Below are positions 52,772 through 64,000 of a DNA stretch of 64,000 nt, one piece after another; position 1 is the stretch's first letter; every line of letters starts with the position of its first letter. A program made the position numbers and the translations under genes. The stretch covers positions 2,147,003 through 2,211,002 of the forward strand of contig MU058065.1 of assembly GCA_013265495.1 (NCBI GenBank), written 5' to 3'. The notes beneath the pieces were generated by a model. The model was not told where the DNA came from, ran no database searches, and saw only the letters and a program-made list of their open reading frames with translations. This DNA is from Vicugna vicugna (Eukaryota).

Positions 52772-54344
52772 GAGTTTTGTACTAAAAGGAAAATCCTCCA
52801 CTGTTTGAAAAACCCTCAAGAGGGTTGGTTCTGGGCAAGCTAAAGAAGCACAACTCTGTTTTTGTTATCAAATTCCTAAACTGAAATTTAACTTTACACC
52901 TCACTGCCCAAGCAGATTTAAATTCTTTGAGAAGGAGTTCAGATGCATCCCCCACACTGCCTAGGATATCAACAGACATTTACCTGTTTAAGTTATTTTG
53001 ATGAATGAATGAACGAATGAACCAACGAATGAGTGATGAATAAATGAAACACTCTACTCTGCAAAATCAAGGCTTAATTTGCTATAACAAATTGAATGCT
53101 TACTCTCTTCCAAGGAGTTTGGTCATCTTGTTCCCCAGAACAAGCATACCCCTTTCTCCCCAATTCTCTCCCTGGTGGATTTCTCATTCACTGTCCCCAG
53201 GAGAGAAGATCTATTTGGGCCAACATGGCGCCTTCCATTATGGAAGTCTACTCTTAGATAGCATTGTACCAAGCTACTTCATTGTTGAATTTCTTATGGT
53301 TCCATTCAGCTATGATGAAGACTTGAGAACCAGTCCATTGTGGTCAGGGTGATAGGGTCCCTGGCAGGAAGGAGGCAGGGAGAAACTAGAGACTGAAATT
53401 CCCAAGACACATTCTTGAGAAGGAGGTGGCAAGAAGGGCAGACACATACCGTTCTGTGAACCAGCAGGTCTCTGTAGTGTCAAGAACAAATTAGAAAATG
53501 GGGAGAGTGAGGCTGAGGTTATTGGACAAGCCCTGACTTGCTGTGTGAATCTCTGTGGTTTTAATGTTGATTCATTTCACTGCAAGCTGCAGTCGTAACT
53601 TGAATAGCTTCACAAGGCTAAACAAAAGCTGGCCCGTAGCCAGGAAACAACCAAGATACTAAATTCTCAGATGCGAGATGCTTTTTTTTTATTATGTACA
53701 TTTAACATCCAGCTCTGCTTCCCATATTTAGACTTATCACTTTCCTGTGTCATTCCTCCCATCTGCAAAATCTCAAAAGTTAAGCATCCATCTCATCAAT
53801 AAGTTACTGGGACAGAGGCCAGACTTTAGGGAAATTTGTCCAAACCAAAACCAAAACCCCAGGAGCGGAGTTTTATGGAAGGGTTTGCTGACCCATGTGG
53901 TTGGGCTCGAATCAGTTCTCAGACATCTGAACTATATCTTCCTGTTAACGCCTTTGTGTGGAGGTCCTTCATGTCTGAACAGACATCTGATTCCTCTTTG
54001 TAGCCAACTCAGGGTCTCAGACAAGGCCTCGCACAAGAGCCGCAAGGAGCTTGATAGAAATGGGCTGAGATGTGCTCTCGTTTCCAAGATGGGTGGTTAG
54101 TCGGACGGCCTGGTGAAGACCAACTGGGTTTAAAGAGGAGATGAACCCCAAATGTGTTCCTATAGGTGACATTTCCCAGGTGTGGTGCAGGGTGGGACAG
54201 TGTGTCTGATAACTGCCCTGCTCCTTCACAAGCAGGAATAGTGGACACTAGCCAACAACACCCTTCCCTGATGGTGAGAAATGCTTGGTCCTCCCCTGTG
54301 AAGATCTTTCTAGAAACAGCTTCTTCTCAAACCTCTGGGACTAT

Positions 54345-54650
54345 GTCTATAGGCACAGGCTTCTGGCCCATGGGCAGGACATGCACCAGGACATACTCTG
54401 TTGGGCCTGCACAGAATTAAAAAAAAAATGCTTGAGATAGTTCCCAATATTTCAAAACTTGGATGTTTTGTCTAAGAGTCTTAATACCTAACTTCTCCTG
54501 ACCAACCAGAGGACTTGGCAATGCTGACAAGAAATGGGTGGCTCTGAGAGCAGAGCCTATTCGGGCTGGTCACGAACCCCCCAGTTCTCGACCTGATTTC
54601 ACTCGAGCCTTGCCTGCCTCACCTTGGAAAGCCCTTCAGTTGGTGACAAA
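54345..54650. mobile_element. MER102-like hAT-Charlie element
   Basis: tggcccatgggc...gttgggcctgcacag...tagttcccaatatttcaaaacttgg...cttggcaatgctg...cagttggtgac. Confidence 0.5.
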
Positions 54651-54699
54651 CCGCTCTGACCATTCTGACAATTAGTTCAAAGCAGAGAGTAACAGCTGT

Positions 54700-54930
54700 C
54701 GTGTATTGAGTGCTCACCATGGGCCAGACACCCTTCTGAGCTCTTTTCATAGATGACCTCATTTAACGCTCAAACAACCCCACGAGGGTCCCTTCTTAAT
54801 ACGTTCAGATCACAAAAGGGGAAATTGAGGCAAGAAAAGTTCAGTATTTTGCCACAGGTCACACAGCTGTAAGTGGCAGAAATCCAAGAAAAACCAAAGT
54901 GGACTGACTCTCGAATCCCAGTGCCTGACT
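54700..54930 (-). mobile_element. MIR SINE
   Basis: tattgagtgctcaccatgggccagacac...ctcatttaacgctcaaacaaccc...ggaaattgaggca...aggtcacacagctgtaagtggcaga. Confidence 0.8.
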
Positions 54931-55189
54931 TCTGATCTACCCCGCCCTGAAGATTGGTCAAACGCACACTCTTTGGGAAATTTCCAATTCTCTGGTCTCG
55001 CTTCTGGTTGGTTACCTGGTCCAAGTCTGGCCGTGCCAAGTGTTTTCCACCTTGCATAGAGGTACCCTGTACCTATAGGTCCATATTATATTATACATAA
55101 CGAATATTTGTAATATATTGTGTAGGCCACATTTTATATTTCTATTAGCGATAGATATACATATAGTATTTATTCATCTATTCAAACTC

Positions 55190-56050
55190 TGAGGGGCCCA
55201 TAGGAGCGGAAAAATGAAGCCACAGACACTGGCAGCCGTTTGGTGGAAATGAGCCACGACCTGTTCCACGAGGAGGTGGCTGGGAAAGGCGTGGGGAAGA
55301 GATGGATGGGGCTGTCAGGCAGACGGCGAGCTCCTAAACCTCCCCGGTTCTCTGGACAGGACGTGCGCTCCGGCCCAAACCGCACACTGAGTCAAGCTGC
55401 TCGGATTCACCTCAGAGCCTTCCTTCTCTGATCCGGTGCCTGGGCACCGTGTCAGGCCTGTTTTTCCCAGACCATCTTCCACAGCCTCTGCTTCATCCAA
55501 ACTTGGATTTTGCCCCAAACAGCGGCTCCCTTGGGTTCCCTGCCTCCTTCCTGCTTCCTCTGCAGTATCTTTTCTCTCTCCTGACGGCCCCTTTATTAAC
55601 AAGGCCTGAAGGCTGAAACTGATTTTTTTTTTGGTTCTCTGTTAACAAAATAAACTACTTCCATGTTATTTATTTGATTTCATTTCTGAATCCTCTCCCA
55701 GTCCGGGGGGAGAGGGGGGTGGATTTTTGTTGCTGTTTTCCAAAAGGTTTTTGGTTATTGTTGGTTTAAAGAAGCCTCCGCTGAAGACACCGTGGTGTCC
55801 CCAGGGTGCTGCCTCTGGGCTCTGGAATTTTCCTTCAGCCCTCGCCAGCCACGCCCTCAGCTTCCTGTGGGCCCTGGCCTGGCCGGAGAGCAGGAGCAGC
55901 TGGAGCAGAGCAGTCTGGCTTGACCGCCTCCCGGCTCACCCTCCTGCTCGCCGGCCTTTCTGGGAACCCCGAGCACCCAGCTTCCCAGGCTCCTCCCCAG
56001 ACACGCTCAGACCCCCAGGCTCCTCCGACAGTGCTTCCTATCTTTATTTT
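55190..56050. promoter_or_regulatory. GC/CpG-enriched candidate enhancer or promoter-like element
   Basis: About 15 CpG in 55181-55460; RUNX AACCGCA 55378 next to AP-1 TGAGTCA 55388; kB-like GGAATTTTCC 55824; KLF/SP CCACGCCC 55849; ETS CTTCCTG 55861; STAT GAS TTCTGGGAA 55958. Confidence 0.45.
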
Positions 56051-56299
56051 CCAGCACTTCATAGTTTAAATAGATTATTTTTCAGGGGAGGTGTGATGGA
56101 TATCTTCCAAAATCCAATCCTTCTGTGGGGAGGTCTATAAAATGAGCACTCCTGTGACATGGTATTTCCCCCTCATATTTATTTGTTTCCTTTAAGGACA
56201 AGGTACCATTTGTTCACACTCAAAACCCTTAAACACTGGGGAACCCTTAGGGTTTCAATATGTTGGATTGAGCTCCACAAAAGCAAGGCCCTCTGGTTT

Positions 56300-56757
56300 T
56301 GTTTTTGGTTTTCTTTCCTTTTTATTGACATATAGTTGGTTTACAATGTTTTGTTAATTTATGATATACAACATAGTGATTCAGTTAAACATACATATAT
56401 ATTCTTTTTCATTTGAGGTTATGACAAGCTATTGAATATAGTTCCCTGTGCTATACAGTAGGACCTTGTTGTTTATCTATTTTATATATAGTAGTTTGTA
56501 TTTGCTAATCCCAAACTCCTAATTTATCCCTCCCCACCCCCTTACCTCTTTGGTAACCATAAGTTTGTTTTCTATGTCTGGGAGTCTGTTTCTGTTTTGT
56601 AAATAAGCTCATTTGTGTCATTTTTTTAAGAGTCCACATATAAGTGATACCATATATTTGTCTTTGATTGATTTCATTTAGTATGATAATCTCTAGGTTC
56701 ATCCATGTTGCTGCAAATGGAATTATTTCATTCTTTTTTAAGGCTGAGTAGTATTCC

Positions 56758-56790
<33 letters not shown>

Positions 56791-56930
56791 ATATATACCA
56801 CAACTTCTTTATCCAATCATATGTTGATGGACACCTAGGTTGCTTCTGTATCTTGGCTACTATATACAGTGTTGCTATGAACATTGGGGTGTATACATCT
56901 TTTTGAATTAGAGTTTTTTCCAGATATATT
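56300..56930 (-). mobile_element. L1 3' end (intermediate-age variant) with a 16-bp TSD and internal (TG)14
   Basis: TSD caaggccctctggttt 56284-56299 and cagggccctctgcttt 56931-56946 (14/16 identical); ORF 56505-56816 YYSALKKNEIIPFAATWMNLEIIILNE is L1-like. Confidence 0.9.
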
Positions 56931-58009
56931 CAGGGCCCTCTGCTTTGTATACTGATATAGCCCAAGCACTTCACATTTAATAGACACTCAGGAAAAAGTT
57001 TCCTGAAGGGAGGAAAGAGATCATTAGTTAAGAACCATTAATATAGACTAGGAAATATATAAGAGACTCACTGACATAGCTTGTTAAGTATGGACATTGA
57101 AATGGTCTAATCTATACTCATGTTCTTACCAAGAAATAAAATTTTATCTTCAACCTGTTGTCACACTGTGAATTTTCATTACTTGAAGAAGTGTCCTACT
57201 CTTTATTTTACTGAATTCCAAATAAGCAAGCTACCTCCACAAAGAAAAAAAGAAACCCACAGGAATACAAATTTTCAGGGTGCTAATTATGAATCTAAAC
57301 ATTAAAATTTTTTATACTCTTAGAGTGCAAAAGTTACCTGAATTTTCAAGATGAAGGTTTTGTCAAAGTTTAGGTCAAATACATATGTAATCAAATAGGA
57401 TATTTGATTTCAATAGCTTGTAATAACCCCAAATGAAAATAGGATATTTGATTAATATTACTAATTCCAAGTCAGTGCTGGAAAGTTTTCTGGCAATGAA
57501 GTTCTTGCCTTTCTTCTAGTAAAGCTGATGTTTACAAAAAAGGCTGTGTTTAACATCTTTCTGTTTATAGATCCTGGTACATAACAGAGGATAAATGTTT
57601 GTTACGAGAATGAATTTAGTAATACTTTGTCATAGGGTTAATTGTACCATATTTTGAAAGCCAAATTTGACCAAATGGCCAGTAAAGTCAGCATATAAAT
57701 GTCATGGAGCTATTATCTGTCCCTGGAGCATCCCATATTTCAGAAAAGGAACTAAAAAGATCAGCCTAGTTTACCTTATTTTGTAGAAAATGGGTTATGA
57801 GAGGTCTTTGCCTACTTCATCATCTCAGAGAGGGACGAGGTTGTGGATGAAGCGGAGTAGACTAGAAAGTTCCCCGGGTTTTCTGAGAGCACTGGATGGA
57901 AGTGGTATTAAATAGGACTGACAAGCTTGTTGGATCTGAAGAGGGATAATGATATCTGGGGAAGGGCCTGGGGATCTGCATTTTTAAACATGTTTTCTGA
58001 ACTGGATCT

Positions 58010-58497
58010 TCTTTGTTTGCCAAGATGGCCAAAATTCTCCACCCTTTTCTGGATCTGTGCCACTTGCAATGTGATACTGCAGCTCCTCCTGTGAAGACAC
58101 GATGTCTACCTCCTCGCCTTGAATTTGCACTAGTCCTGTGACTTGCTCTGACCAATAGCACATGGCAGAAGGCACAATGGGCCAGTTCTGAGCCTTGCTG
58201 GTTTCCACTTGTTTTCTTGTTTGTTGCTACCACGTGAGCAAGCGCAGTCCAGCCAGCTGTATTATTAGTGATGTGCAGCCCCTGTCAGTCACCCCCACTG
58301 GCAGCCAGTCAACCATCAGACATATGAGTGAGAACATGTGAATCTACCTGACTGTTGACTGCACACACACAAGTGAGCCTCCCCAAGATCAGCCCAGCCG
58401 AGCTGACTGGCAGACCCTCCCATCAGCCCACAGATTGGCAGGCAATAAGGGATAACTATTTTGAGCAACTGAGTTTGTGGATAGCAAACCAATGCAC
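58010..58497 (+). mobile_element. MLT1H-like ERVL-MaLR LTR
   Basis: aagatggccaaaattctcc...ttgcaatgtgatactgcagctcctcc...ctgtgacttgctctgaccaatag...gccagttctgagcct. Confidence 0.7.
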
Positions 58498-59779
58498 ACC
58501 TCTGCTTCTTATAATCCAGCACGCTTAGGAAATGTGAGTCTGAGAGATCTGCAGCTTTCCTGGAATAAAGAGATAAGTCTGAATGCCAACCTTCATAAAT
58601 CCCTTGGTATTTGGCTCTCCTGCCCCATTAATTGAACACAAATGAAAATATGATTAGGAAAAGCTTATATTAACTCTAAAGAATATAAAACAATCCACTG
58701 AAAGCTGCCAAAAAAGTAACCCAGAATTATGACCTCCTGGGGAGGCTTCAAGTTAGGTTGTGGAAACACCCACTAGCACTCAGGTGTATGATCTATGATC
58801 TTCACAAACTCTCCAAAAAAATGTATTTCAGTTTCCCCACCCCCAGAAACGAAGGGCAGAATTGATCTAAAAGCAAGTAACCATTCTTAGTTTGTGTTAA
58901 TCCTGGAATAAGAGGCTATGGTTCAATAATGATTTTCAAGTGCACAGTTTGAGGGCCTGGAAATGGGAACTCAGTCCTTTATTTTCTAGCAATAAACACA
59001 TTCTGCACTCCTCATCCCTGGCGTAGTAACAACACTGGATATTAGTACTCATGATTCATGCCTCTTGTGGTATATGCAGATTGATGGCTCGATGACTGGA
59101 CAGGAAATTCTGTGGATGTCCACAGGCCAGTTGCCTTAGCTTGGTATTAATCACCAAAAAGTGAATGGCACTGAGTCACAGCAGAACATGAGAAAGAATA
59201 AAGGCTTAGTTATATTGATCATTTTTAATTTGCCTTAAGCTCAGCTGGAATGCATAAGGCAAGGCCTCATAGGAAAGTTACATCTAGTGAGGACACCTGA
59301 GTCATTCTGCTGAAGCGATTCACCTTTCCTCCTCCTTCTGAGGCTGATGAATGAGCTACCATGTGATCCTAACAATCTGACAACAACAAGGAAATTGAAC
59401 TACTTTTTCAATTAGCACATTGATTAAAGATTTCACAAGTACTTTTATTCATCTTTTATCTGCTAGTAGGTTTTTTCTTGGAAAAAAAAATGAGCCTGGC
59501 ATGATCTTGCCTATTATGACATGTCAGTAAGACCAGTGACATTTTGAAATAATAAAAAGAGAATAGCACCAGAAAGGTGACCCAAAGAGTAATCCGTTTT
59601 AAAAGAAATTTGCTTGACCATTAAAAAATCATATTAAGTTTTGTTTAGCATAAAATGGGTTTAGAAGAGAAATTCTTTGAGAAACCCCCTTTATGATCCA
59701 GCTTATGAGATGAAATAACTGTATTTCAAAAGGAAGAAGACTGAGGGAACAAAAGAAACCCCAACTGTAGCGCTTGTGC

Positions 59780-59930
59780 TTTGTAAAGTCCTTTTGTATG
59801 CACATGATAATTTCCTTTGATCTCATCTGAGAGGTGGATGGAACATGTTTTATTATACTCATTGTACAGAGGAAGAAATTAAGGGTCAATGATATTAACC
59901 TGCTAGGTACCCAGGGTGCACATCCGAGGA
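59780..59930 (-). mobile_element. MIR fragment
   Basis: ttattatactcattgtacagaggaagaaattaagggtca. Confidence 0.55.
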
Positions 59931-60849
59931 CCAACAGTCAAGCACATTTAAAATAACTTCCAGTCCGAAGTGGTATATGAGATAGGTGCATCAGTCTCCT
60001 TTCGCAGCTGTGCCTACACTAAATTTATTGCAATGGAATAACAATAATAGGTATAAATTCACAACAAAGAAGAGAAAGGGGGGACCATGAGTAGATTTAA
60101 GATTTCAATAAATTTCTAAAAAAAATTGAAAGCGGATACAGGAGTTGTGGATGATCCAAGCGGAGGAATTTGTGGTCAGTAACAGGTAAGAGATGAGTGA
60201 GCATCTGAGAAGGGAAATGATCTGGCCTGATTTCAAGAAGCACAGGAAAGATTGAATTGGGGGATTCTAGGGACAACAGAGAGTCAGGGTGGGTCATGAC
60301 AGGGGAACAACTGAAGTCTATAGACTAACAGCCAACCTTCACCCCAGAAACAGATGCCTGATAAACAGGCATGTATTTACCCTTCCAGTAAGGAGTTCTT
60401 TTCTTGAAGATTGAATGGAAGATTCAAGAGAGCTAAGACTTTGCTGTGAAGATGGTACCCTAGAGAAATGTTCTAGCATTCTAACACTAGAGTTTCCAAA
60501 GAAGAAGAGCCAGCTCACCACTCTTCACTCTAACTTGGACACCAAAAACCTTCACCCTTCTTCATAGAGCTGCTTAGAAACCCTTCTGGGATGTTTGACT
60601 TTTAACTATATACATTTATGTCTTTAAAATTTTTGAAAGTCATTTTTATAAACTTAGAAATTAAAAAGTAAAGTGAATTTTACATGAAATTATCTATCAT
60701 CTTAGAGCTCATTTCCCTTCTATGTTTGTAACACATATTAATTATAAACCACATTTATAATATTTTCCTAGCTTAAAAAATACCTAAGGTAACTATTTAA
60801 GGATGTGAATTAGTTACCAGATTGATCTTCACAGCATTAAATATTAGAG

Positions 60850-61880
60850 TTTGAGAAGAAGATAGAATGAAATGATTAAATAAATCACTTGCAAAAATGA
60901 AATGCCATGCAGCTGGTCAAACTTTAAGAATAAAATTTATATTCATAAAAATGTGTTTATCATATATTATTGAGTGAAATTAAATTACAACATATGAGAT
61001 AAGGTATTATTATAGTTTTAATTTAAAAATTATACTTAACTATGTATACATGCATTGAAAAAAGTCTAAAAAGATATTTAACAAGATAGTAAGAACGGTT
61101 GGCCCAGTGGTGAGATTTTACATAGTTTATATTTTCTTTCTTTTTTTAATATTTTTTTCTAAACTTTCTATATAAACATGTTATATTTAACTAACTTAAT
61201 AGTTCTTTTCTTGTTCTTTTTCATTTAACATCTTAGTAGAAGTTAATAGATACTTTTAGGAAAAACATTTTGCCAGCTGCACTCAGACAATTTTTTTGAC
61301 GTCTGTGTACACACTATCATATTACTCTATCATAATTTATATAAACATTTCTCTGTTTTTTAATATTTTTGGAATTATAAATAATACTAAAAGAAAAATT
61401 CTTTTTCAAAAATGTTTATCTAATTTCTGAGTTTTCTGAGGATGTTTTCCTGGAAGTGGAATTACTAGCTTTAGGAATATGAATTTTATTAGGACACATG
61501 GTATATGTCACCATATTTTACACTTCTAAATATTTCTCTAGCTCCTTTTTTTCCTCATCGTTTTATTTCTTAGATTTAACTCTTTAACATTTTTGTCATA
61601 TCTGGAAGGTAAGATTATACATTTAATTTTACCCACAGATACTTAGTCAATTTACCCAACAGTGTTGTTGAAAACTATTTCTTTACATTAGGTACAATAT
61701 CTACATATGTACATGTTCAGTTGGTTACAGAACTCCTTTTCTTTTCTGGTGATTTTTTTCATCACCTTTTGTTGGTAAGGGTGTCACAGTTCTGATGATC
61801 ACAATTTTAATGTGAATTTTAATATCTCATATAAAAAGAGTCCTTTCTTAATACTCTTCTTTTTCATAATTTTTCCAAGC
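60850..61880. mobile_element. Very old AT-rich L1 (L1ME-like) fragments in both orientations
   Basis: aatgaaatgccatgcagctggtcaaa...atattattgagtgaaa (plus strand); ttcctggaagtggaattactag (minus strand). Confidence 0.5.
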
Positions 61881-61889
61881 AATTCTTCC

Positions 61890-62110
61890 TGTATTGATAT
61901 GCTTTGCACAACAAGTTAACACAAACCCTGTGCCTTAGAATGACACAAATGTGTTTTCCTACAGTTTTTGTGGGCTGGGATTTCACAAAGCTGAGTGGGT
62001 TTTGAGGTGTCAGTAGGGATGTGATTCTCCGAGGTTTGGAATCCTCTTCCAAGCCCACTGGCTGTTACAGAATTGAATTCCTTGTGGTTGTGTGACTCTA
62101 TTTCTGGTCA
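61890..62110 (-). mobile_element. MLT1 LTR fragment
   Basis: tgtattg...acacaaatgtgttttcctacagtt...aatcctcttccaagcccact...agaattgaattccttgtggttgt. Confidence 0.6.
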
Positions 62111-62114
62111 TGAA

Positions 62115-62783
62115 TTGAGCACTAATTGTCCATGATGTGGCTTGGCAATAAAGATCTGCAAAATATAGCCAAATGATAGTCCTGTCTGATGGCTTATCAG
62201 AAGCAAGGATCTGGGTGACTGTGGAGAGTCACCCAGACATGTTTGTCCTTTCAGGCATTGAATGTTTTCAATTATCTTTGAACATTTTTCACAAACTAAT
62301 ATAATGAGATTGGCTGGTTGCTCCTAATTCTGATGAACAAAGTAAAGAAAGAGAAAGGTGAGCTCAGTGATTTGAATTCCCAGCTCTAGTGCCACGTAAA
62401 TGACTTGAAACTTTTATATGTGCCCTGAACCTGCAGCTGCAGGGCTGAGATTGCTGGAAATCAACATCAGAGTGGATTTGTTATTCAAAACCCACTCAAC
62501 CACACTGAGAAGGTCCAGAAGACATACCGTTCACCACTACTGTGAGAAATATTCACGTGGGGAGGTCCGGCATCCCTGAAGAATTCTGTGATCGCCCTTC
62601 TCTGTAGGCCAGACTTTACAATGGGAACAGTGGACACTTAATTGGGAAACCTTAAATGCAGTGGGAGTAACTGGATCCTGGGATGGCAGGGGTCAAGTGC
62701 CAGCACTCAAGTGACAGGGGCAAGGTGGAAGTGGTTACTGTGTTGACTGCAGACTAAAAGCAGCATTCAGAATAGTCTGACTC
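62115..62783 (+). mobile_element. ERV-L internal sequence, gag region (decayed, internally deleted)
   Basis: tataatgagattggctggttgctcctaa; ggtccagaagacatacc; ggatcctgggatggcaggggtcaagtgccagcactcaa; cagaatagtctgactc are collinear with HERV-L gag as I recall it. Confidence 0.8.
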
Positions 62784-63478
62784 CTTACCATATGATCCAG
62801 CAATCCCACTCCTGGATATACATCTGGAGGGAACTCTAATTCGAAGATACATACACAATAGTGTTCATAGCAACACTATTTATGATAGCCATGACATGGA
62901 AGCAACCTACATGGCCATCAACAGATGACTGGATAAAGAAGTTGTGGTATATTTATACAATGGACTACTACTCAGCCATAAAAAAGAATAAAATAATGCC
63001 ATTTGCGGCAGCATGGATGGACCTGGAGATCATCATTCTAAGTGAAGTAAGCCAGAAAGAGAAAGAAAAAAAAATATGATATCACTCATATGTGGAATCT
63101 GAAAAAAAAAAAAGACTGAAATGAACTTATTTACAAAACAGAAACAGACTCACAGACATAGAAAACAAACTGCTTATGGCTACCAGTAGGGGAAGGGAGT
63201 GGGAAGGGATAAATCAGGAGTTCGAAATTTACAGATACTAACTACTATGTATAGAATAGATAAACAACAAGTTTATACTGTATAGCACAGGGAACTATAT
63301 TCAATATCTTGTAGTAACTTATGGTGAAAAAGAATATGAAAACTAATATAAATATGTTCATATATGACTGAAGCATTATGCTGTACACCAGAAATGGACA
63401 CAACACTGTAAATTGACTATACTTATATATAGATATATATAAAATATATTTATAATTATATATATATATATATAAAAA
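62784..63478 (+). mobile_element. L1 3' end (ORF2 C-terminus and 3' UTR, TA-rich tail) inside ERV-L; no TSD
   Basis: ORF 62861-63079 [43 protein letters not shown] is the L1 ORF2 C-terminus. Confidence 0.92.
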
Positions 63479-64000
63479 GTCCAGGAATCAAGAGGTGGAA
63501 ATGGGAGTGGCACCAGCCTCTATTACCCTTAGTGACCCACAAGCAAAATTTGTGCTTCTGTTCCTGTGACCTTATGCTCTGCTGGCTTAGAGGTCTTAGT
63601 TCCAAAGGGAAGAATGCTTCCACCTAGAGACACAACAATGATTTCACTGAACTGGAAGTTAAGACTGTCACCTGGTCACTTTGGGCTCCTCATGCTTCTG
63701 AATCATCAGGCGAAGAAGGGAGTTCCCTTGGCTCCAGAGATTGATTCTGAGTGCCAAGGGGAAATTGCACTGCAACTCCACAATGAAGGTGAGGAAGAGC
63801 GTGCCTGGAATACGGTTCTCTTAGGGCATCTCTTGGTATTACCATAACCTGTGTTAAGGTCAATGGAAAACTACAACAGCCTAATCTAGGCAGGACTACT
63901 AATGGTCCAGACCCTTCAGGAATGAAGGGCTGGGTCACCCTTCCAGGTAAAGAACCATGACCAGCTGAGGTGTTCGCTGATGGCAAAAGGAATATAGAAC
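63479..64000 (+). mobile_element. ERV-L internal sequence, integrase end and dUTPase region (runs off the window)
   Basis: gtccaggaatcaagaggtggaaatgggagtggcacc...ttaaggtcaatggaaaactacaacag...ccagacccttcaggaatgaagg. Confidence 0.85.
63566..63847 (+). pseudogene. Degenerate ERV-L dUTPase reading frame
   Basis: SAGLEVLVP (motif 1-like), WKLRLSPGHFGLL and EIDSECQGEI (motif 3, normally GVIDxDYxGEI); a stop codon truncates the frame. Confidence 0.75.

Noticed and set aside
56114..56142. CCAAT plus TATAAAA as a core promoter
   Set aside because: The spacing of about 20 bp is atypically short and no downstream exon is evident; it is kept only as weak support within the 55.2-56.1 kb candidate.
2752..59304. 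Window-wide AP-1 (TGASTCA) enrichment
   Set aside because: About a dozen sites counted by eye is close to the rough chance expectation for 64 kb.
63566..63847. Domesticated functional dUTPase
   Set aside because: Motifs 2 and 3 are degenerate, the frame is truncated by a stop, and the surrounding provirus is decayed.
1..64000. The many 60-164 aa six-frame ORFs as genes
   Set aside because: Lengths are in the chance range, many start at non-ATG codons, and I recognise no cellular protein family or consistent exon chain. The recognisable ones are transposon relics. A small exon of a gene spanning the window cannot be excluded without alignment or RNA-seq.
1..64000. CRISPR array, operon, defence system or other prokaryotic system
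   Set aside because: The sequence is mammalian (MIR, L2, L1, MaLR) and has no repeat-spacer array or gene-dense region.

Overview
This is eutherian mammalian non-coding DNA (intergenic or deep intronic) and is rich in repeats. I found no credible cellular protein-coding exon, RNA gene, CRISPR array or prokaryotic feature. The ORFs I can recognise are decayed transposon remnants: L1 ORF2 C-terminus, L2 and CR1 reverse-transcriptase region, and ERV-L dUTPase. The repeat landscape comprises ancient MIR, L2, CR1, MLT1 and hAT elements, overlaid by several successive L1 3'-UTR variants. I saw no Alu, Bov-A/tA, PRE1 or Can-SINE. The youngest L1 3' ends resemble camelid (alpaca/camel) L1 as I recall it; this species call is inference, not a database result. 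The most unusual structure is a composite retro-insertion at 45939-46676 inside one 18-bp target-site duplication (TSD). It joins a young L1 3' end, a 92-bp unique segment with its own AATAAA and A-tail, and a second L1 fragment, which suggests serial 3' transduction or a template-switch chimera. Other notable items are an L1 sitting exactly where an ERV-L provirus jumps from gag to the integrase end/dUTPase, three L1 junctions at the same ORF2 site, a local cluster of nuclear-receptor AAAGGTCA elements, and two motif-dense enhancer candidates. I do not see evidence for a new biological system. Repeat boundaries and subfamily names were assigned by eye and are approximate unless TSD coordinates are given.
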